From IMG/VR virus record IMGVR_UViG_3300035195_000305, positions 1-59,588 of that record: a stretch of 59,588 bases of DNA; one strand, 5' to 3'. Below the pieces are notes generated by a model. That model did no database searches, had not been told where the DNA came from, and saw nothing but the letters and a program-made list of their open reading frames with translations. The position numbers and the translations under genes were made by a program. Each line of letters begins with the position of its first letter. Position 1 is the first letter of the stretch. The DNA is from a virus (lineage: Duplodnaviria > Caudoviricetes). Below, piece by piece: positions 27,785 to 37,571 of the stretch.

Positions 27785-30700
27785 ATGGCAGATATTAGAT
27801 CAAATTTTATAGCAGGGAAAATGAATAAAAGCGTTGATGAGCGCTTAGTTCCACTTGGAGAATATGTAGATGCGTTAAATGTTAGATTAGGTTCTACTGA
27901 GTCTACTGAAATAGGTGCTGTAGAAAACTCAAAAGGCAACACTCAATTAACTTTTTTAGCTTACGACAGTAATCCTTTAAATCCTTTATCTACTTCTTGC
28001 ATAGGGGTTTATGAAGACGGAATGGAAGAAACTATATATTGGTTTGTTCATGACTCTGCTAACGCTGCATCTCCTACAGGAAAGTGTGATATGGTAGTTT
28101 CGTTTAATACTAATAGTAATGTAGTTACTTATCATGTGGTTTCAGTGTGGGACGGGGAGCCTGGTAATGTTAACACAACTTTAAATTTTGATCCTAAATT
28201 CTTAGTTACTGGAGTAAGTAAAATTGAAAATCAATTATTTTTTACAGACGATAAAAACCCTCCAAGATATATAAATGTAAAAAGAAATTATGATGATCCA
28301 GCAGCTACAAATGTTCCTGCAGGTTCTGACGGTATACGTGAAGAAGATATAGGTGTGATAGTAAAACCTCCAGGATTTGAGGACTCTACCCTTACATACA
28401 CTCCTTTACCTGTTCCTGATGTAACATTAGAAGATTTTCCAGGTGATGAAAATTATATGGAAACAAGATTTTTATGTTTTGCTTACAGATATAGATATCA
28501 AGATGGTGGTTATAGTGCTACGTCTTTATTTAGTATGCCAGCTTTTCAGCCTGGTTCTTTTAGGTTTAATTTAGATACCTACAATAATGCGGGTATGTTA
28601 AATCGTTTTAATGGCGCTACTATTGGTTTTTCTACAGGATCTAAAAGAGTTGTCCAAATAGACTTGCTTTATAAAGAAAGTGGTAGTAATGTTATTTATG
28701 TAATAGAAAGATACAATAAAAAAGATTTAGGGTGGGCTGATGAAATACAACAAAATTTAACTTTTAGTAATAGTAAAATATTTACAACTTTAGGTTCAGA
28801 TGAATTACTAAGACAATATGATAATGTACCAAGAATCGCTAAAGCTCAAACCATTCAAGGTAATAGATTGATATATGGAAATTATGTAGACGGTTACGAT
28901 ATTGTTAATGAAAACGGTCAAAAAATACCTATAAATTATAGCACTGAGCATATAGTAGAAGAAATAGGCGGTGTAGGGTTAGATGCTCCTATAGCATCTA
29001 ATGGTATTGATTATCAAATCGGACAGCAAGCTGTACCAGGGAAGCCTCCTTCTGTTAGTGTTACTGATTCACAAATGACCTTTGATTTATCAGCATTAGT
29101 CTTACCAATTAACGCAGGATTAACATTGACTTTTGATCTAAATATGCAGTCCGCTCCTAACGCTCAAGTTACTGGTGGTAATCCACAGGCTTACGGTCCT
29201 GATTCAAAACCTTCTTTTCAGCAGCCAAGTCCTTTTAATATAAGCTGGACTTTTACCTGTCCAGTAGCTTATGCTTCTGTAAGTGATCTTGTTAACTCTA
29301 CTGAGTTTCAGACACCTATAGGAACTACTGCTATAGGTAATTATCAACCATTACTTCCTAATGACCTTTCGGGTCAAGGGGGTACGGTAACTGATAAGTT
29401 TAATAATTATGTCAATCCTCCAGCAGGAACTGCTATGGAGATTATAAATAGCTCTATAACTACATCGTGTTCTACAGCGGCTCCAGCGTCAACTGCAGTA
29501 TGTACTATGGAAGGTTTTAATTACACAGCTACAGCAACTGGATTTACTATTCAGTGTCCTGCAGTAAGGTTTTATTCTGAAGACGCTCCTGCTGCTGGAG
29601 ATGTTAGTGAGCAGTTTGAGTTTTTTAGTTTTATAGATTTTAGTAGTACTGTTGGATATCTTTTAACTGCTGATACTTATAGTTTGCATAGTAATAGAGA
29701 TTATGAAACAGGTATTGTTTACATGGATGATTATGGTAGAGCCTCTACAGTATTGGTTGCTAATGATAACACTATTTATGTACCTCCAATTTACTCAAGA
29801 GATAAAAATACATGTAAGGTAACATTATTTAATTTACCTCCTTACTGGGCTTCTAAATATAAATTTGTAATGAAGCCAAGTGAAGGTACTTATTTTACTG
29901 TTTTTTCAAGCTTATACTTTCCAGATTGTAGAGATGCCTCTGTATTTTGGTTTAAGTTAGAGGGAGATAATACTAATATTGTTACTCAAGGAATGAATCT
30001 TGTCGTTAAGGCGGATACTATAGGCCCTGTAAGCACCAATGTAGTGTGTAAGGTTTTAGAAATAAAAGCGTTTAGTAGTGATTCACCTGATTTAGGTGTA
30101 GATGCATGTCAGGATACCAATAATCCAGCCGGATTATATATGTGTATAAAACCAGGGGGGTTTAGCACTGAGATTGCAGATGATGCTGTTATTGCAATTG
30201 GAAATAGAACAGCTAAATCTGATAGTACAAGTTGTAATCTTTCACTTAACTATTCTTTAAACTTTCCTACAGGAGCAAATGCAACCTTACCTTATGATTT
30301 ACCAGCAGGATCAAGTATTAGAGTTAAAATTAATAACTGGAGAGGAAGTAAAGGTAGTAATTGTACATCAAAGCATTATAGGTTTGATCAAGATTTTAAA
30401 GCATCTCAAGATTACCCTAATTTCTTATTATGGTGGTATGGAGATGGTGCTGATTTTACAACTGGAAGTAGTAATGGTGTGACCTGTCAACAATATAAAA
30501 ACTCAGGGGTTCCTTATGCTAATGATGGTTCAGTTGTAGCTGCTTGTTTTAAAACCAGATTATTTGTTTATACTTCAGGTCCTGGCTTGCAGTTTAGAAA
30601 TAGATGTGGAATACCAAGATGTTCAAGTTTTTGGGGAGACAAAAGACCAGGGCATGTTGGTACTTTAATAGAAGTTTTAAGAGGAGGTCAATTAATTATA

Positions 30701-32656
30701 TGGGAAACGGAGCCAGCGGAAGTAGATCCTAATTTATTTTATGATGCTTCACGAATGATGGATATATACACAGACCCTGCAGATGGATTAAGATACCATC
30801 AGTCTCCAGGAGGTGCAAACGATAAAGATCAAGATGCTACTAACAATTTAGAAGTAACATTGCCTTTTGCAAATTGTTATACATTTGGAAACGGGGTAGA
30901 AAGTTTTAGAATTACAGACTCTCCAGGAACCAAGTCGTTTAATATGGGACAAAGAGTATTGGCTGTTTCTAATCAAGACTATAAAGAAGCAAATAGATTT
31001 GCAGGCATGACTTATAGTGGGGTTTATAGTGGAGCTGCTAACTCTAATAATCTTAATGAATTTAATTTAGGATTAGTAAACTATAAAGATTGCGAGACTT
31101 CTTTTGGTCCTATACAGCTTATGTACTCCAGAGAAACAGATATTCTTACTTTGCAAGAAGATAGAATATCTTATGTATTAGCAGGTAAGAATGTTATATC
31201 TGATTCTACAGGAGGCGGAGCAATAGCTTCTGTACCTCAGGTTTTAGGAACTCAGATAGCAAGAATAGAGGAGTATGGTATTAGCTTTAATCCAGAAAGT
31301 TTTGCAGCTTGGGGTTCTGATATGTTTTTTACAGACACTAAAAGAGGGGCTGTTGTAAACTTAAGAGGTACAGAAGCTAATAATGATCAAATACAAATAA
31401 TATCTCAATACGGAATGAGATCATGGTTTAGAGATCAATTTTCAGAACAGCTTATAACACAAAAATTAGGGGGATATGACCCTTATATGAATGAATATGT
31501 TTTAAGTACTAATTTAAAAACTGTTCCATTCCCAGCAGTAGGAACTCCTTGTGGAACAACATTATCACAAAACAATGCAACCAATGTATTAACTTATACG
31601 GTAAATGTAGGAGATGCTGTAGGATCTATAACTATACCTTACACTATAAGTTCAGGTTCAATAAATGTAGACGCTACTTGGAATGGAGTAACAGTTAGTT
31701 CAGGAATTACAGCAGCGAGTGGAACTATAACTGTTAATAAAACTTCAAATACCCCAAATGATATTGAGATGGTAATTACTCCAGTAACATCAAATGGAGC
31801 TTCGGCTGATTATGATATTACAGTAGACTGCCCTCCAACAACAGCACTAACGGTAATCAGAATTGTATTAAGTTCCCCAAGTACAGATGGTCAATTTATT
31901 CATTTTGATTATAACTGGGATGATGGATCTACTATTTCACCATCAGTAAATGATTTGGCTTCTTTAGGATTAATAACTCCTACTGAATATATATCTCAAA
32001 CTGGAAATAGGTCGATAGGGGTATTCCCTTATATAGGTGCTGATATTACAATGAGAGCTTTAAAGCAGGGGTTTGATGATTTTGTTTTTGATAGTGCTCA
32101 AGATAAGTTTAAATATTTATCAAGCAGTACATTGTATGCAAACACTAATACTGACATGCAATCATTATTGGCTGATGTAGATTTAATAAACCTAACTCCT
32201 ATATCAGGTGCCGCAGGATCGGAGCAAGCTTCTATTACTACAACTGCAGTAAACTTCCCATTAACCAATCAATATTTATATTTAGTTTGGGATTTAAGAG
32301 AGACTACGCAAAGTACATTATGCTTCTCTCCTATAGCGACTGGTAGTGCTGCTGATGCTTGTTGCGGATGTGTTCCTTCGTGTGGAATAACATACTTTGG
32401 TCCTGTGCAATCAACACAAGCTTTTGCTTGTCAAACAAACACTAACACTGCTGGTAATCAGCAAGGTTCTTTTAACGGAACAGGATCTATCCCTCAAGTT
32501 GGTGAGATTTGTTTTGCAAACTTAACTTGTGATCCAGCATCATTTATACTTTCAGGATTCTATGTTGTAGATCCAGCTCAACCTTCTGCAGCAAGTCCAA
32601 AACAATGGATTCAAATAGGGGCAAACGGAGCGGTAATAGCAGCAGGATCATGTTAA
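27785..32656 (+). CDS. Tail stabilisation/nozzle protein (P22 gp10-like role)
   Basis: 1623 aa; N-terminal FIAGKMNKSVDERLVPLGEYVDALNVR...GAVENSKGN; NRLIYGNY; EEYGISFNPESF. Confidence 0.75.
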   Translation: MADIRSNFIAGKMNKSVDERLVPLGEYVDALNVRLGSTESTEIGAVENSKGNTQLTFLAYDSNPLNPLSTSCIGVYEDGMEETIYWFVHDSANAASPTGKCDMVVSFNTNSNVVTYHVVSVWDGEPGNVNTTLNFDPKFLVTGVSKIENQLFFTDDKNPPRYINVKRNYDDPAATNVPAGSDGIREEDIGVIVKPPGFEDSTLTYTPLPVPDVTLEDFPGDENYMETRFLCFAYRYRYQDGGYSATSLFSMPAFQPGSFRFNLDTYNNAGMLNRFNGATIGFSTGSKRVVQIDLLYKESGSNVIYVIERYNKKDLGWADEIQQNLTFSNSKIFTTLGSDELLRQYDNVPRIAKAQTIQGNRLIYGNYVDGYDIVNENGQKIPINYSTEHIVEEIGGVGLDAPIASNGIDYQIGQQAVPGKPPSVSVTDSQMTFDLSALVLPINAGLTLTFDLNMQSAPNAQVTGGNPQAYGPDSKPSFQQPSPFNISWTFTCPVAYASVSDLVNSTEFQTPIGTTAIGNYQPLLPNDLSGQGGTVTDKFNNYVNPPAGTAMEIINSSITTSCSTAAPASTAVCTMEGFNYTATATGFTIQCPAVRFYSEDAPAAGDVSEQFEFFSFIDFSSTVGYLLTADTYSLHSNRDYETGIVYMDDYGRASTVLVANDNTIYVPPIYSRDKNTCKVTLFNLPPYWASKYKFVMKPSEGTYFTVFSSLYFPDCRDASVFWFKLEGDNTNIVTQGMNLVVKADTIGPVSTNVVCKVLEIKAFSSDSPDLGVDACQDTNNPAGLYMCIKPGGFSTEIADDAVIAIGNRTAKSDSTSCNLSLNYSLNFPTGANATLPYDLPAGSSIRVKINNWRGSKGSNCTSKHYRFDQDFKASQDYPNFLLWWYGDGADFTTGSSNGVTCQQYKNSGVPYANDGSVVAACFKTRLFVYTSGPGLQFRNRCGIPRCSSFWGDKRPGHVGTLIEVLRGGQLIIWETEPAEVDPNLFYDASRMMDIYTDPADGLRYHQSPGGANDKDQDATNNLEVTLPFANCYTFGNGVESFRITDSPGTKSFNMGQRVLAVSNQDYKEANRFAGMTYSGVYSGAANSNNLNEFNLGLVNYKDCETSFGPIQLMYSRETDILTLQEDRISYVLAGKNVISDSTGGGAIASVPQVLGTQIARIEEYGISFNPESFAAWGSDMFFTDTKRGAVVNLRGTEANNDQIQIISQYGMRSWFRDQFSEQLITQKLGGYDPYMNEYVLSTNLKTVPFPAVGTPCGTTLSQNNATNVLTYTVNVGDAVGSITIPYTISSGSINVDATWNGVTVSSGITAASGTITVNKTSNTPNDIEMVITPVTSNGASADYDITVDCPPTTALTVIRIVLSSPSTDGQFIHFDYNWDDGSTISPSVNDLASLGLITPTEYISQTGNRSIGVFPYIGADITMRALKQGFDDFVFDSAQDKFKYLSSSTLYANTNTDMQSLLADVDLINLTPISGAAGSEQASITTTAVNFPLTNQYLYLVWDLRETTQSTLCFSPIATGSAADACCGCVPSCGITYFGPVQSTQAFACQTNTNTAGNQQGSFNGTGSIPQVGEICFANLTCDPASFILSGFYVVDPAQPSAASPKQWIQIGANGAVIAAGSC

Positions 32657-32669
32657 AAAATTAAATTAT

Positions 32670-33611
32670 ATGGCAACTTTAGGAAATTATTATTATGACG
32701 GAACCAGCTTTGCTTTAGCAACAGGCTTGTTTACAAATTCATCGTTAACCACTGTGGCTCCTGACGGATGGTATAGTCAAGGAGGTATTTATAGGAAAAT
32801 GACAACAGGTGTATTGGGAGCTACTAATACGTGTGCTTCCTGTATAACTTCTTGTGGTTCAACACCAGTGTCTCAAAATGTATTTGCTAAAAGTCTTCTT
32901 ACAGTAGATGTGGGAGCAAGTGTAGGTGCGGTAATAGTAGAATTTACGGTTGGATTAGGCAATAATGCAAGAGCAACTTGGACATATAATGCAATTACAG
33001 CAAGCGAATATTCTTCTCCTAACACTCCAGGAGGAGGTTATCTGCAGGGGTTAATTGGTGATGAGAGCTGTTGTGGGGTTGATAACACTTCAGGAAGTAG
33101 TGGTGTTAATTATACAGGTGCAGAGCAATCTTATAGCGCAGGTACTTGGATTCCTAATGGTAATGTAAGCACATGGGGCCCATATTTAGATCAGTCTTTA
33201 GGGGGTGTAGATTTAGAAACTACTGGTATTGGATGGGGAACAACTATAATGGTAGTTCCTAAAACTTCTGCAGTTTTAAATACTATAGATTTTGTAATAG
33301 ACTCTCCTAATGCAGGAACTTATTCTTGGTCTATGAAAGTTTTATGTCCTGGATATTTACCATCATTTCAAGGAACTCTTGCTTCTCAAGTAGATTGTCC
33401 AGCAGCATGTTTAATAACAACTTCTCCAGATCTTTTTTATCACGCACCCGTATCAGGAACCACTGGATTGCCAGCGGTAAACGATTGGGTTTTTACTGAT
33501 GATAGCGGAGTTACAGTTGTAGCTGATGGTTACTATAGTGTATTTTTTGGAGGAGTATTTTCTTGTATGGAAACTGCAAATGGAGTAATAATTAATATAA
33601 CACCTTGTTAA
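32670..33611 (+). CDS. Putative tail-associated structural protein
   Basis: 313 aa, Gly/Thr-rich with Cys pairs. Confidence 0.65.
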   Translation: MATLGNYYYDGTSFALATGLFTNSSLTTVAPDGWYSQGGIYRKMTTGVLGATNTCASCITSCGSTPVSQNVFAKSLLTVDVGASVGAVIVEFTVGLGNNARATWTYNAITASEYSSPNTPGGGYLQGLIGDESCCGVDNTSGSSGVNYTGAEQSYSAGTWIPNGNVSTWGPYLDQSLGGVDLETTGIGWGTTIMVVPKTSAVLNTIDFVIDSPNAGTYSWSMKVLCPGYLPSFQGTLASQVDCPAACLITTSPDLFYHAPVSGTTGLPAVNDWVFTDDSGVTVVADGYYSVFFGGVFSCMETANGVIINITPC

Positions 33612-33612
33612 T

Positions 33613-34422
33613 ATGCCTTTAGGACCAGCAACATTATCTTACAGTGAAAGCGTAAAAGGATGGCCTTCATTTTATTCTTTTCAGCCAGACTATATGGTTG
33701 GGATGAATAGTTATTTTTATACTTTTAATGGAGGTAATTTATATAGACACAATACCAATGAGATAAGAAACAATTACTATAACACTCAGTTTAATTCTAC
33801 AATAACATCAGTGTTTAATACTGAACCTCAGACTATTAAGTTGTTTAAAACCATGTCTTACGAGAGTGATGACAGATGGAGGTGTACTGAATTATTTACA
33901 GAGTTGGGAACAGGCTCTATGTTGGCTACAGAGTTTGTGCAAAAAGAAAGAGAATGGTTTACTTTTTTAAGAGAAAATGGAGATACTATAAATTGGGCTG
34001 CCCGATCTACTAATGGCGTAGGAACTCTTCCTGCGGCAGGTGGTATAGGTGGGGCTTCTCCAGCTATTACCCTTACTTTTACTTTTGATATAGGGAGTAT
34101 TATTTCTATTGGTGATTATGTGTATGCAGCGACACCAGGTGTTTTTCCAGCACCAGCAGGCCCAGAAGTTTATGCGGGTCAAGTTACTGCGCTAAATAGA
34201 GATACTAATGTGATAACTATTAATGATACAGCTCCAGCTGTTGATGGGGTAACTTTAGGAACAGTGCCTACAAATGGTGACTTTATTATGTTTATGAAAA
34301 ACGCTATAGCAGAGTCTCATGGTGCACGTGGTTATTTTATGCAATATACGCTTGTAAATACTAATACTGCTGCAGTTGAATTGTTTTCAGTAGGGAGTAG
34401 TGTAATGAAAAGTTTTCCATAG
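33613..34422 (+). CDS. Putative tail protein
   Basis: 269 aa; TLSYSESVKGWPSFYSF...RNNYY. Confidence 0.65.
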   Translation: MPLGPATLSYSESVKGWPSFYSFQPDYMVGMNSYFYTFNGGNLYRHNTNEIRNNYYNTQFNSTITSVFNTEPQTIKLFKTMSYESDDRWRCTELFTELGTGSMLATEFVQKEREWFTFLRENGDTINWAARSTNGVGTLPAAGGIGGASPAITLTFTFDIGSIISIGDYVYAATPGVFPAPAGPEVYAGQVTALNRDTNVITINDTAPAVDGVTLGTVPTNGDFIMFMKNAIAESHGARGYFMQYTLVNTNTAAVELFSVGSSVMKSFP

Positions 34423-34429
34423 AATTTAC

Positions 34430-34437
34430 TATCTTTG
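34430..34437 (+). promoter_or_regulatory. -7 box TATCTTTG
   Basis: TAnnTTTG 5 nt before ATG at 34443. Confidence 0.55.
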
Positions 34438-34442
34438 CGATA

Positions 34443-34853
34443 ATGAAATTAAATATATTACCATTAACAGCAGAGGACTACGATAACATTCTGTGTGATT
34501 GGTGGAGAGATTGGAGATGGACACCGCCTTCTAAAGATTTTTTACCAGACAATGGTAAGGGTGGTTTTATTGTTTATGAAGAAGATAAGCCTATATGCGC
34601 TGGTTTTATGTACTTAACTAATTCAAAAGCAGCATGGTGTGATTGGATAATATCTAATAGACATTATAAAGACAGGCAAAACAGAAGAGACGCTTTAGAA
34701 CTTTTAATTAAAACAATTAGTTTGGAAGCAGAAAAAAAGGGAAACAAATATGTTTATGCATTAATAAAAAATAAACCATTGATAGAAGTTTATAAAAACA
34801 ATAATTTTGAGGAAGGCAGTACGTATACTCATGAAATGATTAAAAAAATATAA
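34443..34853 (+). CDS. GNAT-fold acetyltransferase-like protein
   Basis: LTAEDY...GFIVYEEDKPICAGF...LIEVYKNNNF; precedes ejection genes as in many podoviruses. Confidence 0.55.
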   Translation: MKLNILPLTAEDYDNILCDWWRDWRWTPPSKDFLPDNGKGGFIVYEEDKPICAGFMYLTNSKAAWCDWIISNRHYKDRQNRRDALELLIKTISLEAEKKGNKYVYALIKNKPLIEVYKNNNFEEGSTYTHEMIKKI

Positions 34854-34854
34854 T

Positions 34855-35565
34855 ATGGCAGCAGTAACAACAGCAGTAGTAGGAATAGCTTCAGGAGTAG
34901 CAAGTACAGCAATGAGTTTTTCAGCAGCAGCAAAAGCTAAAAGAGAAGGAGAGGCGGCAGCAGCTGAAGCAAAAAAAGCAATGGAAGACGCAAGGAGAAA
35001 AGCAGAAACGGATTTTTACGAGGGGCTTAGTGTTCCTTTAGATGCTTATGATGCTGAGTTTGAAAATAATTTAGCTGTTGCTCAACAAAGCACAGAAGCT
35101 TTACAAGAAGGAGATGCAAGAGCTTTAGCTGCGGGTGTTGGTAGGGTTGGCGCACAAGCTGGTGCACAAGCTCAAGAAACACGTATTGCAATGGGAGAGC
35201 AAATATCTGATCTTCAAGCTACTAAAGCTCAGTCTAAAGATGCGGTAAATCAGCAACTTTTACAGATGGATGTAGCTAATGCTAAAGAACAAAAACAAAT
35301 TGCACGTGAATCAGAAGCTGCAAGAAGTGCTGCTATTGGTCAAGGTATACAGGGTATTGGAAGTACTTTAACTGCAGTTGCTGGAGCGGCCCCATTATTT
35401 GGGGGAGGTGGGGGAGCAGCTCCACCACCAGGGGGTATTAACACAGGTAATCCTTTAGACCCTAATATGATTGGAGGAGCAAATTACACTCGTCCTAAAC
35501 TTTCTTTAAATACTCCAAGTTCTGGGCTAACTTTAGGTGGTGCAAATAATTCAATATTTGGATAA
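34855..35565 (+). CDS. Internal virion / DNA ejection protein
   Basis: Ala/Gly-rich hydrophobic N-terminus, coiled coil, Gly-zipper. Confidence 0.7.
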   Translation: MAAVTTAVVGIASGVASTAMSFSAAAKAKREGEAAAAEAKKAMEDARRKAETDFYEGLSVPLDAYDAEFENNLAVAQQSTEALQEGDARALAAGVGRVGAQAGAQAQETRIAMGEQISDLQATKAQSKDAVNQQLLQMDVANAKEQKQIARESEAARSAAIGQGIQGIGSTLTAVAGAAPLFGGGGGAAPPPGGINTGNPLDPNMIGGANYTRPKLSLNTPSSGLTLGGANNSIFG

Positions 35566-35594
35566 TATTATGATTAAACAAAAAGAAATATAAA

Positions 35595-37568
35595 ATGGCG
35601 GTAGATCCAACTAAAGCAAAACGAGATATAAATTTTGATACGTTTGCTCCTGAAAAAGAAGGAAGTAGAATAAATTGGTTTGAGCAGGCTAATGTAATTA
35701 GTGACGCTGTTACTAAAGCTGCTAATAAACGTCAAAAACGTAAAGATGATATTGACGAAGATACAAAAACAAATTTAGATGCGTTAAATGAGTTAGAGTC
35801 TTTAGATAACAAAACATTAATGGATATGACTATTGACGGGTCTAACGATGCCGCTAATGTTATATATCAAGCTGAACAAGCAATGAAAAGGGGAGAGCTT
35901 AGACCTCAGGACTTTCAAAAACTAAAAAACAATATAAGCTCAGGCTTTACTCAGTTCCAAAAGAACGCTAAATCTTGGGATGAAGATTTTAAAAGATATA
36001 CCGAAAGAATGAATGGTAATCCAGAGTTAGGTCAGTCCAGTTCTTTAGAGCAGTATCTTGGTGAAAGAATGGAGTCATTTGGAAATCTTAAAAACTTACA
36101 GTTAGTTACTAATCCTGAGACGGGTATGTTGGCGTTTGGTAGAATAGACCCTGAGACAGGGGAGTTATTAACAGGTCCAGATGATTTAATTAGCATGAAT
36201 AGAATGACCGCTATTAGTAAGCAAGAGATTAATGAATATGATGTAGGTGAATTTATAGAGCAGGCTTCGGAAGAATTAGGAGCTTTCATTACAGCAGGTA
36301 GCGCATCAACTATGGGTAAGGATGGTGCTGGACCAAGAGCTGTTCTTACAATAGAAGACTTTATGCAAACTCCTGAGGCTGAGAAATATATATCAGAGAA
36401 AGCTGCAGCTGCAATGAGTAGTAATTATGAGATAGGTAGTATTTTAGCAGATAATGGTATTAAAAATGATGACGGAGAATTGTTTAGAGCGGGAGACCAA
36501 AGACAGTTTGATCAGTGGAATATAGATAATCCTGGTAATGAGGATAACAACCCTATTATTGTTATGGGGTATAAAGAGAATGGTGTACAGGTAGAGCCAG
36601 CTCTTACTAAAGCTCAAAGGGAAAAGGCTCAAGGTTTTATGGAGGATTCTTTAAAAGCTAAGTTAGGATATAAAGAAACATTAACAACTAAACAGGTTGT
36701 TCAGCCAAGACAGAAAAGTAATTATGAAATAGTTAAAGGAGATGAGAAAAAAACTTATAGTAACCTTGTAGATGTTGTAGATAGATTAATTAGTGGAGAT
36801 GAAAAAGCATCATCAGCTGCCGCTACAGAGCTTGCTAACTCTATTAATAGCAGAATGTCTAACAATAAAAACTTTAAACCAGTGCAGCTTATAGAAAGAG
36901 TAGGTGATAAGTTTATGGTTACAAAGAAAGGAGACCAGCCTATACCGATTGATGCTGTAGATTCTGAAGGAAATGATTTATCAGGAGATGAAATAGGAAG
37001 TAAGATATGGGATTTAGTTACAGGAGGGGGAGTTTCTTTTTCTGATGCTAAAGGAGATAAAGTATTAGGAGATAGAAATAAAACTGATGCAAGAGGAACA
37101 TTAACTAATGTAGCTCAAATTGAAAATGCAGACTATAATTCTAAGATTAGAATTGACGGTAAAGATGACGATGTGCAGACCTTTGTTGATGATATTACTG
37201 ATATAGGAGCTGGTTGGGATGAAACTGCAGAAGAAGTTGCTCCTCAATATTCAAATATCTTACAAGAGGTATTTAAAACATCTACTACTCCAGGTCTTAT
37301 TGAAGCATTTAAAGGAGAAGACATAAATGTTAAGGCAGACGGTAAGGCTCTTATATTTAAAATTGGAGAAATGACCTTTAAATATCCAAACGATATGGTT
37401 GATTGGAAGTCGACTGAGGATGCGAGTAGTGATAAGTGGGATGGAAGTGAAACTATTTGGCCAGCAATGCAGGATTTTATAGCTGAAGCTATTGCTCAGA
37501 AAAAAACTGGTAAGAAATACAAGAAAGAAACAACTAATGAAGGTGATAATATTTTAGAGGAAGAATAA
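35595..37568 (+). CDS. Internal virion / ejection protein (putative)
   Basis: 657 aa, charged helical, between ejection-type genes. Confidence 0.6.
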   Translation: MAVDPTKAKRDINFDTFAPEKEGSRINWFEQANVISDAVTKAANKRQKRKDDIDEDTKTNLDALNELESLDNKTLMDMTIDGSNDAANVIYQAEQAMKRGELRPQDFQKLKNNISSGFTQFQKNAKSWDEDFKRYTERMNGNPELGQSSSLEQYLGERMESFGNLKNLQLVTNPETGMLAFGRIDPETGELLTGPDDLISMNRMTAISKQEINEYDVGEFIEQASEELGAFITAGSASTMGKDGAGPRAVLTIEDFMQTPEAEKYISEKAAAAMSSNYEIGSILADNGIKNDDGELFRAGDQRQFDQWNIDNPGNEDNNPIIVMGYKENGVQVEPALTKAQREKAQGFMEDSLKAKLGYKETLTTKQVVQPRQKSNYEIVKGDEKKTYSNLVDVVDRLISGDEKASSAAATELANSINSRMSNNKNFKPVQLIERVGDKFMVTKKGDQPIPIDAVDSEGNDLSGDEIGSKIWDLVTGGGVSFSDAKGDKVLGDRNKTDARGTLTNVAQIENADYNSKIRIDGKDDDVQTFVDDITDIGAGWDETAEEVAPQYSNILQEVFKTSTTPGLIEAFKGEDINVKADGKALIFKIGEMTFKYPNDMVDWKSTEDASSDKWDGSETIWPAMQDFIAEAIAQKKTGKKYKKETTNEGDNILEEE

Positions 37569-37571
37569 AAC